A stretch of DNA of 64,000 bases from Acidobacteriota bacterium (GTDB lineage Bacteria; Acidobacteriota; Thermoanaerobaculia; Gp7-AA8): the NCBI GenBank assembly GCA_019244185.1, contig JAFATB010000014.1, positions 288,001 through 352,000 on the forward strand, given 5' to 3'. This document shows positions 9,828 to 18,736 of this stretch, piece by piece (within the stretch, counting starts at the first letter, position 1; each line of letters begins with the position of its first letter). The translations under genes were made by a program, and so were the position numbers. Under the pieces are notes generated by a model. That model searched no databases. It had not been told where the DNA came from and was given only the letters and a program-made list of their open reading frames with translations.

Positions 9828-10355
9828 GTGGGTGCAAAAGTTTTTGTAGGGAATCTCGATTTCAAGACGACGCGAGACGAGGTCGAAGCGCTTTTCGCGC
9901 AGGTCGGCGCCGTGCGCGACGTCTTCCTCCCGATGGATCGGGAGACGGGCCGGCCGCGTGGCTTTGCTTTTGTCGAGTACGAGTCGGACGAACATGCAGC
10001 GCAGGCCATCGAGAAGTTCAACCAGTACGAGTTGAGCGGCCGTGCGCTGCGCGTCAATGCTGCCGAGGATCGTCCGCGCCGTGAAGGTGGCGGCGGTGGC
10101 CGGCCGGGCGGTGGTGGCGGCGGCTACGGCGGCGGCGGTGGTTACGGCGGCGGTGGCGGCTACGGTGGTGGTGGTGGCGGCTACGGCGGTGGTGGCTACG
10201 GCGGCGGCGGATATGGCGGCGGTGGCTACGGTGGTGGCGGCGGCGGCGACCGCTTCGGCGGTGGTGGCGGCGGCGGTGGCGATCGCTTCGGCGGCGGCGG
10301 CGGAAAGTCGAAAGGCAGCCGTCGCAACATCCGCGCGAAGAAACGCGGCCTCTGA
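9828..10355 (+). CDS. RRM RNA-binding protein with Gly/Tyr-rich tail
   Basis: RNP2 VFVGNL, RNP1 RGFAFVEY; repeated GGGY tail and basic C-terminus. Confidence 0.95.
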   Translation: MGAKVFVGNLDFKTTRDEVEALFAQVGAVRDVFLPMDRETGRPRGFAFVEYESDEHAAQAIEKFNQYELSGRALRVNAAEDRPRREGGGGGRPGGGGGGYGGGGGYGGGGGYGGGGGGYGGGGYGGGGYGGGGYGGGGGGDRFGGGGGGGGDRFGGGGGKSKGSRRNIRAKKRGL

Positions 10356-10407
10356 GCTGCGCCGATCGCGCGGCCTCTGCGCCGCGCCATCTACGACGGA
10401 CATTCTC

Positions 10408-10443
10408 TTCGGGGTTGTGAGGCCGCAAGCCTCCAACCCCGAA
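10408..10443 (+). terminator. Strong hairpin after the RRM gene (terminator-like)
   Basis: TTCGGGGTTG-T-GAGGC-CGCAA-GCCTC-CAACCCCGAA. Confidence 0.55.
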
Positions 10444-10459
10444 ACTCTATAATTCCACC

Positions 10460-13312
10460 ATGTCCGCCAATCGGCCCCTCGGTCCCTATCGCATCGGTGA
10501 ACGCCTCGGCACGTCGGTCTGGCTCGCCGAAGACACGCGCAACGGCAATCGCGTCGCCATCAAGCTCCTCAGCAAACAACTGCCGAAGGACGATCGCCGT
10601 GACGGACTGATCCGCGACGTGCGCGTGGCGGCGGCGCTCTACCACACGTTCCTCGTTCCCATCGTCGACATCACCGCCATCGACGACAACCTGATCATGG
10701 TGATGGACGTCGTGCCCGCGCAGCCGATCGCGACGCGCCTGCACGGCAGCGCCGCCGAGCGCGCGGACGTCTACCGCATCGCCTACCAGCTCGCGTCCGT
10801 CGTGAAGTACCTGCACATGAAGGGACTGCTGCACGGCAACATCAACGCGGACTCCGTGTTGGTGACCGCCGAGGGACAGGTGAAGCTCGCCGGCCTCAAT
10901 CTCGGCAACCTGCTGCGCCGCGAGCGCACGTCGATGTCGTATCAGCAGAAGGGGAGCGATCCGCGCTTCGTCGCGTACATGGCGCCCGAGCAGATCGCGC
11001 ACAACGCCATCGACGAGCGCACCGACGTCTTCTCGATGGGCGTCATCCTCTACGAGCTCGCCACGGGACGCATTCCGTTCAGCGGCAACAGCGCGCCCGA
11101 CATCGCGCGCGCGATCGTCGAAGGACAGCCGGCGTCGCCGCGCGCGATCAATCCGAACGTCGACAACGGCGTCGTGAGCCTCATCGGCGGCTGCATCTAC
11201 CGCGACGCCTTCAAGCGCTTCAAGGACGCGCGCGCCGTCGTCGAGGCGATCGAGAAACTCGATTCGTCCGCCGTCGAGTTCGCGCAGCAGCTCGAGAAGA
11301 AAGTCATCACGGCGTCAAATCCGAACGTGCAGCATCGCGCGTCGATCCTCTTTCTCGCCGAAGTCGCGGGTTACGAGGAGCTCGCCGCGCACGATCCGGA
11401 CGCCGCGACGAAGGCGAGCGCGAAGATGCAGCAGGTCCTCGGCGAAGCCGTGTATCTGTTCGACGGCAAGGTCGTCGACCCGTTCAGCGCGCGGCTCGTC
11501 GCGGAGCTGCCGTCGGTCGACGCGGCGCTCGAGGCGGGACGCAAAGGGGAGTTCGATTTCCAGCCCGCGCAGCAGGAAGGCGATGTGCTGCAGGTGCACA
11601 TGCTGCTGCACGCGGGCGAGGTGACGATGGTCGACGGCTCGGCCACCGGTCCCGCGATCGCGCGCGGCGCGGAGACGCTCGCGCAGCTGCCGCCGAACAC
11701 GCTCTTCGTCTCCGAGGAGTTCGTGAAGCTCGGACGAGGCAGCGTGCGCCTTCGCGACGCGGGCGCGCGCGGCGGCATGAAGCTCTACACGATCGTGCCG
11801 GCGGAAGCGGCGCCGGCGGAGCAGGAGACCGAGCTCACGCCGCAGGCCGACGAGACGGAGCTCGAAGCCGCGGCCGAGCAGGCGCGCGCGCTGCGCGCAA
11901 AGCAGCGCATGCCGATGATCGTCTCGGCCGCGGCGGCTGTGCTGCTGCTCGTGATCGCGGCGGCGGTGGGCGTGATGTGGAAGCGTCGCGCGAACGAGAA
12001 CGCGACGCCTGTCGCGCAGGCCGCGCCGCAGCCGCAACAGCCGACGGCCGCGCATCCGCGCGCGGTGTTCCTTGCGCCGTTCGCGGTCGACGGCGCCGAT
12101 CCCGCGCTTGCCGAACGCGCCGACACGATCCGCCTCGGCGCGATCGAAGTCCTGCGCAGCTATCCCGAACTGCGCGTCCTCGATGCGCAGGCGCCCGACG
12201 CCGCCGTCTTCACCGCGCGGCTCGTGCCTGGCGCCGCCGGTCCCACGCTCGTGCCGCTCGCGGGGCCGAAAGCCGCGCCGCCGGTGCTCGTCTCCGACGC
12301 CGCGAGCGGCATCTCGTCGATGGTGCAGTGGGTCGCGCACGAGACGAAAGCGCGGCCGCGGACGTACGCGGTCGCCGGCGCATTGAACGCGTTCGCCGAT
12401 GCGGTCGTCGCCAAGTCGCACAACGATGCGGGACGCGCCGACCTCTCGTTGCGCGCGGCGATGACCTCCGATCCGACGTTCGTGCCCGCGCAGGTGCTGG
12501 CCATGCAGTTCTTCGCGTCGCGCGGCGATGAGGCGGCGTCCGTCGCGGCGGCGCGGCAGGTGGTCGCGCTCGAGCCGGCGAATCTCGACGCCGCGCGCCG
12601 CGTCGCGCGCGCGAGCCTCGGCGCGGGCGATCTGCAGCAGGCGTTCGCGATGTACGACATCGTGCTGCGCAACGCGCCGGACGATGCCGAGGCGCTCAAT
12701 CTCGTGGCGCGCTACTCGGGCGCCTCGAACGATGCCGCGCGCTTCAACGGCGCGGTCGCGCGGTTGCGGCACGTCTCACCGACGCAGGTGGCCGCATACG
12801 CCCCCGATCTCCTCGCGAACGCGGGTCGCCTCGGCGTCGCCGCCGATCGGTACTACGACCTCACCGAGAACGGCCGCGGCCCCGCGCTGTCGCTCAAGCT
12901 CGGACGCTTGTCGGTGTTGCGTCACGCGATGCCGCTCGCCGAAGACGAGGTGCAGCGGCTCTCGCAGTCCGATCCGCTGTACGGCTATCACCTTCTCAAC
13001 GCGTACGTCGCCGCGGAGAAGCGCGATCGCGGAACCGCGGAGAAGGAGCTGCAGGCGGCGCTCAACGCGTCGACGCCGGGCGACGATTCGTGGACGTCCG
13101 CGGCGGAGATCTACGCGATTCTCAACGACACGCACAACGTGCTCACGTCGCTCGAGAAGGCCGCGCAGCGCAAAGAGCCGACCGCGGCGTACGTGCTCGC
13201 CAACCCGCTGTTCCGGTATCTCCAGAGCGAGCCGCGCTTCCAGAAACTGCGCGACACGCTGACGGCGCAGCAGGGGGAGATCCGCACCGCGCTCGCACAA
13301 GTCCGCTCGTGA
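10460..13312 (+). CDS. Membrane protein: Ser/Thr kinase-like domain + class III cyclase-like domain + TM + TPR-like region (both enzyme domains degenerate)
   Basis: VAIK, YMAPEQ, DVFSMG present; HGNINADS replaces HRDxKxxN; LLHAGEV and LFVSEEF cyclase-like; TM near aa 485-507. Confidence 0.85.
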   Translation: MSANRPLGPYRIGERLGTSVWLAEDTRNGNRVAIKLLSKQLPKDDRRDGLIRDVRVAAALYHTFLVPIVDITAIDDNLIMVMDVVPAQPIATRLHGSAAERADVYRIAYQLASVVKYLHMKGLLHGNINADSVLVTAEGQVKLAGLNLGNLLRRERTSMSYQQKGSDPRFVAYMAPEQIAHNAIDERTDVFSMGVILYELATGRIPFSGNSAPDIARAIVEGQPASPRAINPNVDNGVVSLIGGCIYRDAFKRFKDARAVVEAIEKLDSSAVEFAQQLEKKVITASNPNVQHRASILFLAEVAGYEELAAHDPDAATKASAKMQQVLGEAVYLFDGKVVDPFSARLVAELPSVDAALEAGRKGEFDFQPAQQEGDVLQVHMLLHAGEVTMVDGSATGPAIARGAETLAQLPPNTLFVSEEFVKLGRGSVRLRDAGARGGMKLYTIVPAEAAPAEQETELTPQADETELEAAAEQARALRAKQRMPMIVSAAAAVLLLVIAAAVGVMWKRRANENATPVAQAAPQPQQPTAAHPRAVFLAPFAVDGADPALAERADTIRLGAIEVLRSYPELRVLDAQAPDAAVFTARLVPGAAGPTLVPLAGPKAAPPVLVSDAASGISSMVQWVAHETKARPRTYAVAGALNAFADAVVAKSHNDAGRADLSLRAAMTSDPTFVPAQVLAMQFFASRGDEAASVAAARQVVALEPANLDAARRVARASLGAGDLQQAFAMYDIVLRNAPDDAEALNLVARYSGASNDAARFNGAVARLRHVSPTQVAAYAPDLLANAGRLGVAADRYYDLTENGRGPALSLKLGRLSVLRHAMPLAEDEVQRLSQSDPLYGYHLLNAYVAAEKRDRGTAEKELQAALNASTPGDDSWTSAAEIYAILNDTHNVLTSLEKAAQRKEPTAAYVLANPLFRYLQSEPRFQKLRDTLTAQQGEIRTALAQVRS

Positions 13313-13328
13313 ACGTGCGATCGGAAGA

Positions 13329-13604
13329 CTAGCGCCCCTGCACGCCCATCACGCGAATCGATTCCTTGTAGTCGACGATGGCCAGCTTCGTGGCGTTGCG
13401 GAACATCTGCACGCGGAAGCGACTGTTGAGCGCGCGGCGGTAGCCGCCTTCGAGCCGCGTGGTCGAGATCGTCAGCACGTCGTCGTCCTGGCGCAGGTAG
13501 ACGAATCCACGCGTGACGAAGCTCGCCAGCGACTGTACGATCCTGTCCGGCAAGACGAAGACCCCGTTGTGGCAGACGACGTACTGCGATTCGTTCTCAT
13601 CCAT
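13329..13604 (-). CDS. Small hypothetical protein, possible MraZ/AbrB-like fold
   Basis: 91-aa ORF with HNGVFVLP-helix-beta pattern; divergent from queD. Confidence 0.6.
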   Translation of the reverse strand: MDENESQYVVCHNGVFVLPDRIVQSLASFVTRGFVYLRQDDDVLTISTTRLEGGYRRALNSRFRVQMFRNATKLAIVDYKESIRVMGVQGR

Positions 13605-13633
13605 GCAATGTGCTCTCGGCGAAAAGGTGAATC

Positions 13634-14050
13634 ATGATCGTGACCGCGCGACTGACGTTCTCGGCCGCCCATCGCTTGCACAATCCGAACCGTGATGCGG
13701 AGTGGAACCGCCGCACCTACGGGAAATGCGACAACCCGCGCGGCCACGGCCACAACTACGCGCTCGAAGTCAGCGTGCGCGGCCCGATCGATCCCGAAAC
13801 CGGCATGGTCATCGATCTCAAGACGCTGAAGGACCTGATGCGCGAGCGCGTGATCGACCGCGTCGACCATACGAATCTCAACGAGGACGTCGACTTTCTC
13901 CGCGACGTCATTCCGACCGCGGAAAACCTCGCGCGCGCCTTCTGGCAGCAGCTCGCGCCCGCGGTGTCGCCCGGGACGCTCTACGAAGTCGCGTTGCAGG
14001 AAACCGAGCGCAACTCCGTCCGCTACCGCGGCGAGGACGAGGCGTCATGA
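13634..14050 (+). CDS. queD: 6-carboxytetrahydropterin synthase (QueD/PTPS family)
   Basis: FSAAHRL, GKCDNPRGHGHNY, DHTNLN, PTAENLA, ETERN. Confidence 0.9.
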   Translation: MIVTARLTFSAAHRLHNPNRDAEWNRRTYGKCDNPRGHGHNYALEVSVRGPIDPETGMVIDLKTLKDLMRERVIDRVDHTNLNEDVDFLRDVIPTAENLARAFWQQLAPAVSPGTLYEVALQETERNSVRYRGEDEAS

Positions 14051-14283
14051 ACTACGACCTCGCCATGATGGCGCTGGAAGGTCTCGCCCGCGCGCCGCTC
14101 GCCGTGCGCAGCGAAAACGGCGAGCTCGTGATCGAAGCCGAGGCGGCGTCGTTCAAGGAGCTCGCGCGCCTCTGCCTCCTCCTCGGCGGCACGAACAGTA
14201 CCGACGACGAGTTCGAGCTCTCGCCCGGCGTGCACGTGGAAGGCGATTCGCCGCGCGTGCGGCTGCGGCTGCGCGCGGAGTGA
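14047..14283 (+). CDS. Small hypothetical protein (78 aa)
   Basis: ATGA overlap with the queD stop; MNYDLAMMALEG...ELVIEAEAASFKELARLCL. Confidence 0.7.
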   Translation: MNYDLAMMALEGLARAPLAVRSENGELVIEAEAASFKELARLCLLLGGTNSTDDEFELSPGVHVEGDSPRVRLRLRAE

Positions 14284-14359
14284 GACTCTGCCGGACTTCC
14301 TTTTTGGGGTAGGGAAATGATTCTTTTCTTCCTCTCTTCCATCAAAGGAGAGCAGAGGC

Positions 14360-15535
14360 ATGACCACGGCGGCGTTCGGCTTCGGCATCGGCGCAACGGG
14401 CGGCAGCGGTACACCGGTCACCGTCAAGAACCGGGATGAGTTGGCGAACGCGCTGCGGTCGAAGCTCGACGGCAAGATCATCGAGCTCGCGGCGGGCACG
14501 TACGACTTCACGGACCTGAAGAAGCAAGACCGCACCTTCACGATCAGCGGCGATCCGACCACCATCCGCGGGAGAGCCGGCGCGAGCGTGGTCGTGAAGA
14601 ACTTCCAGTTCATCGTCAACCTCGATGTGAGAAACCGCATCCTCATCGAGAACATCGCCTTCCGGTCGAACGGCACGAAGAGCGGGACGAGGGACGGCAT
14701 GGACCTCGTGGCGACGGTGCCCGGCGACAACGATCGCGCGAGCAGGGAAGTGAGCAGCATGCGCATCACCCAGTGCTCATTCGATGGCTACCTCGACATC
14801 TCCATCGATTCGCACAACATCGCCGGCCGCCCGGCCCTCCTCGTCACGGTCGATCACTGTCTCTTCTTCGACAGCCATCCGGGACAGTACGGCTTCGGGG
14901 ACACGTCCTTCAAGGATCGCGGCGCCGTCAACATCGACGTGGCCCGCAAAACCAAGAAGGCCGCTCGAAAACCGGGCAACTCGAAGTACACGGTCGCGAA
15001 CAACGTCTTCCTCGACGTCTGGCGGCGCTCGCCGCGCGTGGCCGAGAAGAACTTCGCGCACGTCTACAACAATCTGCTCTATCGGTGGGGCTTCACCGCG
15101 CCCGACTCGCCCGACCCGAAAAACAAGACGTGGCGCGGTATGGAAGTCGGCGGCGGCAACTCGGGCGGGGACAAGAAGGAACCGAACGGCACGGCCATCA
15201 TCTAGGCGAACCGCTTCATTCCGTGGGCGGACAAGGACGTGCCCGCGGTGGCGATCAAGGTGCACAAGAATTCGGCCGTCGATTTCGGAGGTCCGAAGTT
15301 TCCGAACCGGTACGACGACCCGAAAGGCGGAGCTCGATCCGAACCGAAAGAGTTCCAGGGCGGAACGTCGCTGACGGTGCAGAGTTTTTACGATGCGCCC
15401 GTGAAGATCGAGGCTCCCAAGCCGGTCGCGGCGGACAAGGTGGATTGGCTGGCACTCCTCGATGCCGCCGGCCCAGCCGCTCTGCGCGGCGCCGACGATC
15501 CGCGGGGACCGTTGCGCAAGCTGCTGGCGAAGTGA
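14360..15535 (+). pseudogene. Pectate lyase (PL1)-like beta-helix gene interrupted by in-frame TAG at 15203-15205
   Basis: AAGGAG RBS; GFGIGATGG, RRSPRV, HVYNNL; reading continues in frame after TAG (AII*ANRFIPW...) to TGA at 15535. Confidence 0.8.
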
Positions 15536-15557
15536 TCAGAGATCGCGCGTGGCGCGG

Positions 15558-15998
15558 CTACGACTCGTAATCCGGCGAGTACGACACGAGCTCGCTGAGG
15601 AACGTTGCCTTCGCGCGCTGGTGCGCGTCGTCGACTTCCAGCAGGTCGCGGATCGAGATCATCCCGACGAGCTTTCCGTCCTCGACGACCGGCAGATGAC
15701 GCGAGCCGATGGCGTGCATCTTCTGCAGCGCGCTGTCGACGCCGTCGTGCGGTCCGGCGACGACGAGCTCTTTGGTCATCACGATCGCGACCGGCGTGTC
15801 GTCGGGATCGAGTCCCTGCGCGACCACGCGGGCCATGATGTCGCGCTCGGAGAAGATGCCGGCCAGCGTGCCGTCGGTGACGACCGCCACCGCGCCGATG
15901 TTGCGCTCGGCCATGCGCCGCGCGGCATCGCGCACGTTGCTGCTCGGATCGATGACCGTCAGTGTCTGCCCTTCGATCAGTTCCGCGATCAGCTTCAT
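15558..15998 (-). CDS. CBS domain pair protein
   Basis: GIFSERD, RHLPVVEDGKLVGMISIRD. Confidence 0.92.
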   Translation of the reverse strand: MKLIAELIEGQTLTVIDPSSNVRDAARRMAERNIGAVAVVTDGTLAGIFSERDIMARVVAQGLDPDDTPVAIVMTKELVVAGPHDGVDSALQKMHAIGSRHLPVVEDGKLVGMISIRDLLEVDDAHQRAKATFLSELVSYSPDYES

Positions 15999-16013
15999 GA
16001 GAAGCTCCTCTCG

Positions 16014-16538
16014 TCAGTACCGCAGCACGGCGTGGAACGGAGTGTCCGTCCCCATCTTCTCCCGCCCGTTGAGGAACGACAGCTCGATGACGGTCGCGGC
16101 GCCGACGAGCGTCGCATCGAAGCCGCGCACGAGGTGCGTGGCCGCTGCAAGCGTGCCGCCAGTGGCGAGGACGTCGTCGATGACGAGCACGCGGTCGCCG
16201 CTCTCGAGCGCGTCGTCGTGCACTTCGAGCGCGTCGCTGCCGTACTCGAGCACGTACTCGTGCCGGCGCGTCGACCACGGCAGCTTGCCCGGCTTGCGGA
16301 TCGGAATGAAGCCCGCGCCGAGGTTGCGCGCGACGATGCTGCCGAAGATGAAGCCGCGCGACTCGATGCCCGCCACCTGCGTCACGTTCGCATCGCGGAA
16401 CGGCTCGGCGAGCAGACGGCACGCGGTCTCGAGCGCCCGCGGCGAGCGCAGCATCGGAGTGATGTCTTTGAAGAGGATGCCCGGCTTCGGAAAATCGGGC
16501 ACGTCGCGGATGAAGTTGCGCAGGTCGTTGTCGGTCAT
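16014..16538 (-). CDS. apt: Adenine phosphoribosyltransferase
   Basis: PDFPKPGILFKDI, ESRGF, RKPGKLP, VIDDVLATGGT. Confidence 0.96.
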   Translation of the reverse strand: MTDNDLRNFIRDVPDFPKPGILFKDITPMLRSPRALETACRLLAEPFRDANVTQVAGIESRGFIFGSIVARNLGAGFIPIRKPGKLPWSTRRHEYVLEYGSDALEVHDDALESGDRVLVIDDVLATGGTLAAATHLVRGFDATLVGAATVIELSFLNGREKMGTDTPFHAVLRY

Positions 16539-16813
16539 CAGAACTTCACGTCGAAGTCTCCGAGGCGTCCGGAGTACTCCTTCGATTCCTGATCGATTTT
16601 CGTGACCTCGGCGTAGCGCGGACCTTCCTTGAGCTCCTCGATCCACTCGTCGATGTCCTTCTTCTCACCTTCGACGAGCGCCTCGACCGTGCCGTCGCGC
16701 ATGTTCTGGATCCAGCCCTTGAGGTTCATGCGGCGCGCGACACGCGTGGCGAAGAAACGGTAGCCGACTCCCTGGACCTTGCCATGGATCCGCAGGTGAC
16801 GCGTCTCTTTCAT
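16538..16813 (-). CDS. acyP: Acylphosphatase
   Basis: GKVQGVGYR, GWIQNMRDGTVE. Confidence 0.95.
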   Translation of the reverse strand: MKETRHLRIHGKVQGVGYRFFATRVARRMNLKGWIQNMRDGTVEALVEGEKKDIDEWIEELKEGPRYAEVTKIDQESKEYSGRLGDFDVKF

Positions 16814-16830
16814 ATGGTGCGCGATTGTAG

Positions 16831-17304
16831 CTAACGCCGCTTGCGGGTGCTCTTCTTTTTCGGCGGCGCGGTCTTCTTCGCGGGCGCGGGCTTCGGCGCC
16901 GGCGCGAGCGGCGGCGCGGGCTGCGTGATCGTGACGACTTTCGGCGGCGCGTTCTTCACGTCGAGCACCGCCTTCTGCAGCTGATCGAGGAGCAGCGTCT
17001 GCTGATTCGTCTGCCGGCGCAGCTGCACGACGGCGCGCTGCAGCTCACCGCGTTCTTGCTCGCCGATCGCCACCAGTGCGACGGTGGCCGCGGCGGCGCC
17101 GTCGGTGCGCGGATACTGCTGCACGACCTTCGCGAGCGTCGCGCGCGCGTCGGCGTCTTTGCCCGCGGCCATCTCGCGCTTCGCTTGTTTGAGCAGCGCG
17201 TCCGCGCGGAGATCGTTCGGCACCGTGAGCGCGACGTAGACCGCGACGCCGCCGACGATCGACGACACGATGGCAGTGAGCCAGAGCAGCGCCCGGACTC
17301 TCAC
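16831..17304 (-). CDS. Membrane-anchored TPR-like protein with Pro/Lys-rich tail
   Basis: N-terminal TM; VVQQYP TPR-like turn; PAPKPAPAKK tail. Confidence 0.7.
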   Translation of the reverse strand: MRVRALLWLTAIVSSIVGGVAVYVALTVPNDLRADALLKQAKREMAAGKDADARATLAKVVQQYPRTDGAAAATVALVAIGEQERGELQRAVVQLRRQTNQQTLLLDQLQKAVLDVKNAPPKVVTITQPAPPLAPAPKPAPAKKTAPPKKKSTRKRR

Positions 17305-17314
17305 GACATCGCCT

Positions 17315-17989
17315 CTACTCGCGCCAGCCGAAGCGGCCGACGAGCGGCACGAACTCCGCGGTGCCGCAGTCCTCGATCTTGACGCCCGTGCCGACGCGTA
17401 CGACGCGCGCGAGCCGCTGCTTGCCTGCCTCGCCGATCGGGAGCACGAGCTTCCCCGTGCGCGCGAGCTGCTGCACGAGCGGGTCGGGCACCGCCGGTGC
17501 CGCCGCCGCGACGATGATGCGATCGAACGGCGCCTGGTCCGACCAGCCGTACGTGCCGTCGAACACCTTCACCGACGCGTTGTGGATCTTCAGCTCGCGG
17601 AACAGCTCCGCCGCGCGCAACGCGAGATCGTTGATCCGTTCGATGGAGAAGACTTTCGCGCACAGCTTCGACAGCACCGCCGCCTGATATCCCGTTCCCG
17701 TGCCAATCTCCAGCACCTTTTCGGTGCCGCGCAGCTCGAGCAGCTCGATCATCTTGGCCACGATGAACGGCTGCGAGATGGTCTGCTTCGCGCCGATCGG
17801 CAGCGCGCCCGGGCCGTATGCCTTCGCCGCGACGACCGCGGGCACGAACTTGTGCCGCGGCACCTCGCGCATCGCCTGCAGGATGCGCTCGTCCGCAATG
17901 CCGCGCGCGGCGACGTGGCGCTCGACCATCAGCGCGCGCTGATGCGCGAGCTCGCGTTCCTGATCATCCCTTCGCGGCGTGCTGGCCAA
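17315..17989 (-). CDS. pcm: Protein-L-isoaspartate O-methyltransferase
   Basis: QTISQP, VLEIGTGTGY, APFDRIIV, FVPL; follows surE; start uncertain. Confidence 0.95.
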   Translation of the reverse strand: MASTPRRDDQERELAHQRALMVERHVAARGIADERILQAMREVPRHKFVPAVVAAKAYGPGALPIGAKQTISQPFIVAKMIELLELRGTEKVLEIGTGTGYQAAVLSKLCAKVFSIERINDLALRAAELFRELKIHNASVKVFDGTYGWSDQAPFDRIIVAAAAPAVPDPLVQQLARTGKLVLPIGEAGKQRLARVVRVGTGVKIEDCGTAEFVPLVGRFGWRE

Positions 17990-18728
17990 GGAGCTCCTCG
18001 AGGGGCTTGAGTCGCGGAATGGACGCGTGGTGCGTGAGATCGAGATGGAGCGGCGTGATGGAGACGAAACCCTGCTGCACGGCCTCGAAGTCAGTGCCTT
18101 CGCCGGGATGCCACACCGGCGGCTCGCCGCCGATCCAGTAGTACTTTCTCCCGCGCGGATCGAGCCGCTCGATGATGCCCTCGGAGTAGATGCGCTGCCC
18201 GAGCTTGGTGATGCGCACGCCTTCGAACTCCGCGTTCGGGAAGTTGACGTTGAGGATGATGCGCGGATCGCGATGCTGCTCGAGCGCGACGCGCGTCAGC
18301 TCCGCCGCGAATGCCGCGCAGCGGTTGAACGAGAAGTGCGCGCCGACGAGCGCGGAGAGCGCGATCGACGGGATGTTCAGCAGCGCGCCTTCGAATGCCG
18401 CCGAGATCGTGCCGCTGTACGTGACGTCGTCGCCGAGGTTCGGGCCGAAGTTGATGCCCGAGACAATGAGATCGGGGCGCTGTTCCTTGAACAGTTTGAG
18501 GATCGCCAGGTTCACGCAATCGGTGGGCGTGCCGTCGACGATCCACTCGTTTTCCTCGATCTGCAGGAGGCGCAGCGGACGGTTGAGGGTGAGCGCGTGC
18601 GAGGCCGCGCTCTGCTCGCGATCCGGCGCGACGATGACGATCTCGCCGAGCGGTTCCAGCGCCTTGGCCAGCTTCCGCAATCCCTCCGAATAGATGCCGT
18701 CGTCGTTCGTGACGAGGATGCGAGGCAT
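17964..18728 (-). CDS. surE: 5'/3'-nucleotidase SurE
   Basis: ILVTNDDG, GTPTDCV, SGINFGPNLG, YSGT. Confidence 0.96.
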   Translation of the reverse strand: MPRILVTNDDGIYSEGLRKLAKALEPLGEIVIVAPDREQSAASHALTLNRPLRLLQIEENEWIVDGTPTDCVNLAILKLFKEQRPDLIVSGINFGPNLGDDVTYSGTISAAFEGALLNIPSIALSALVGAHFSFNRCAAFAAELTRVALEQHRDPRIILNVNFPNAEFEGVRITKLGQRIYSEGIIERLDPRGRKYYWIGGEPPVWHPGEGTDFEAVQQGFVSITPLHLDLTHHASIPRLKPLEELLGQHAAKG

Positions 18729-18736
18729 GCGCGGCA

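Noticed and set aside
10087-10302. GGC/GGT-rich DNA repeat as a non-coding element
   Set aside because: Fully explained by the Gly-rich coding tail of the RRM protein
15203-15205. Pyrrolysine read-through
   Set aside because: No pyl genes in the window, PL1 is not a known Pyl family, and TAG terminates ordinary genes such as etfB
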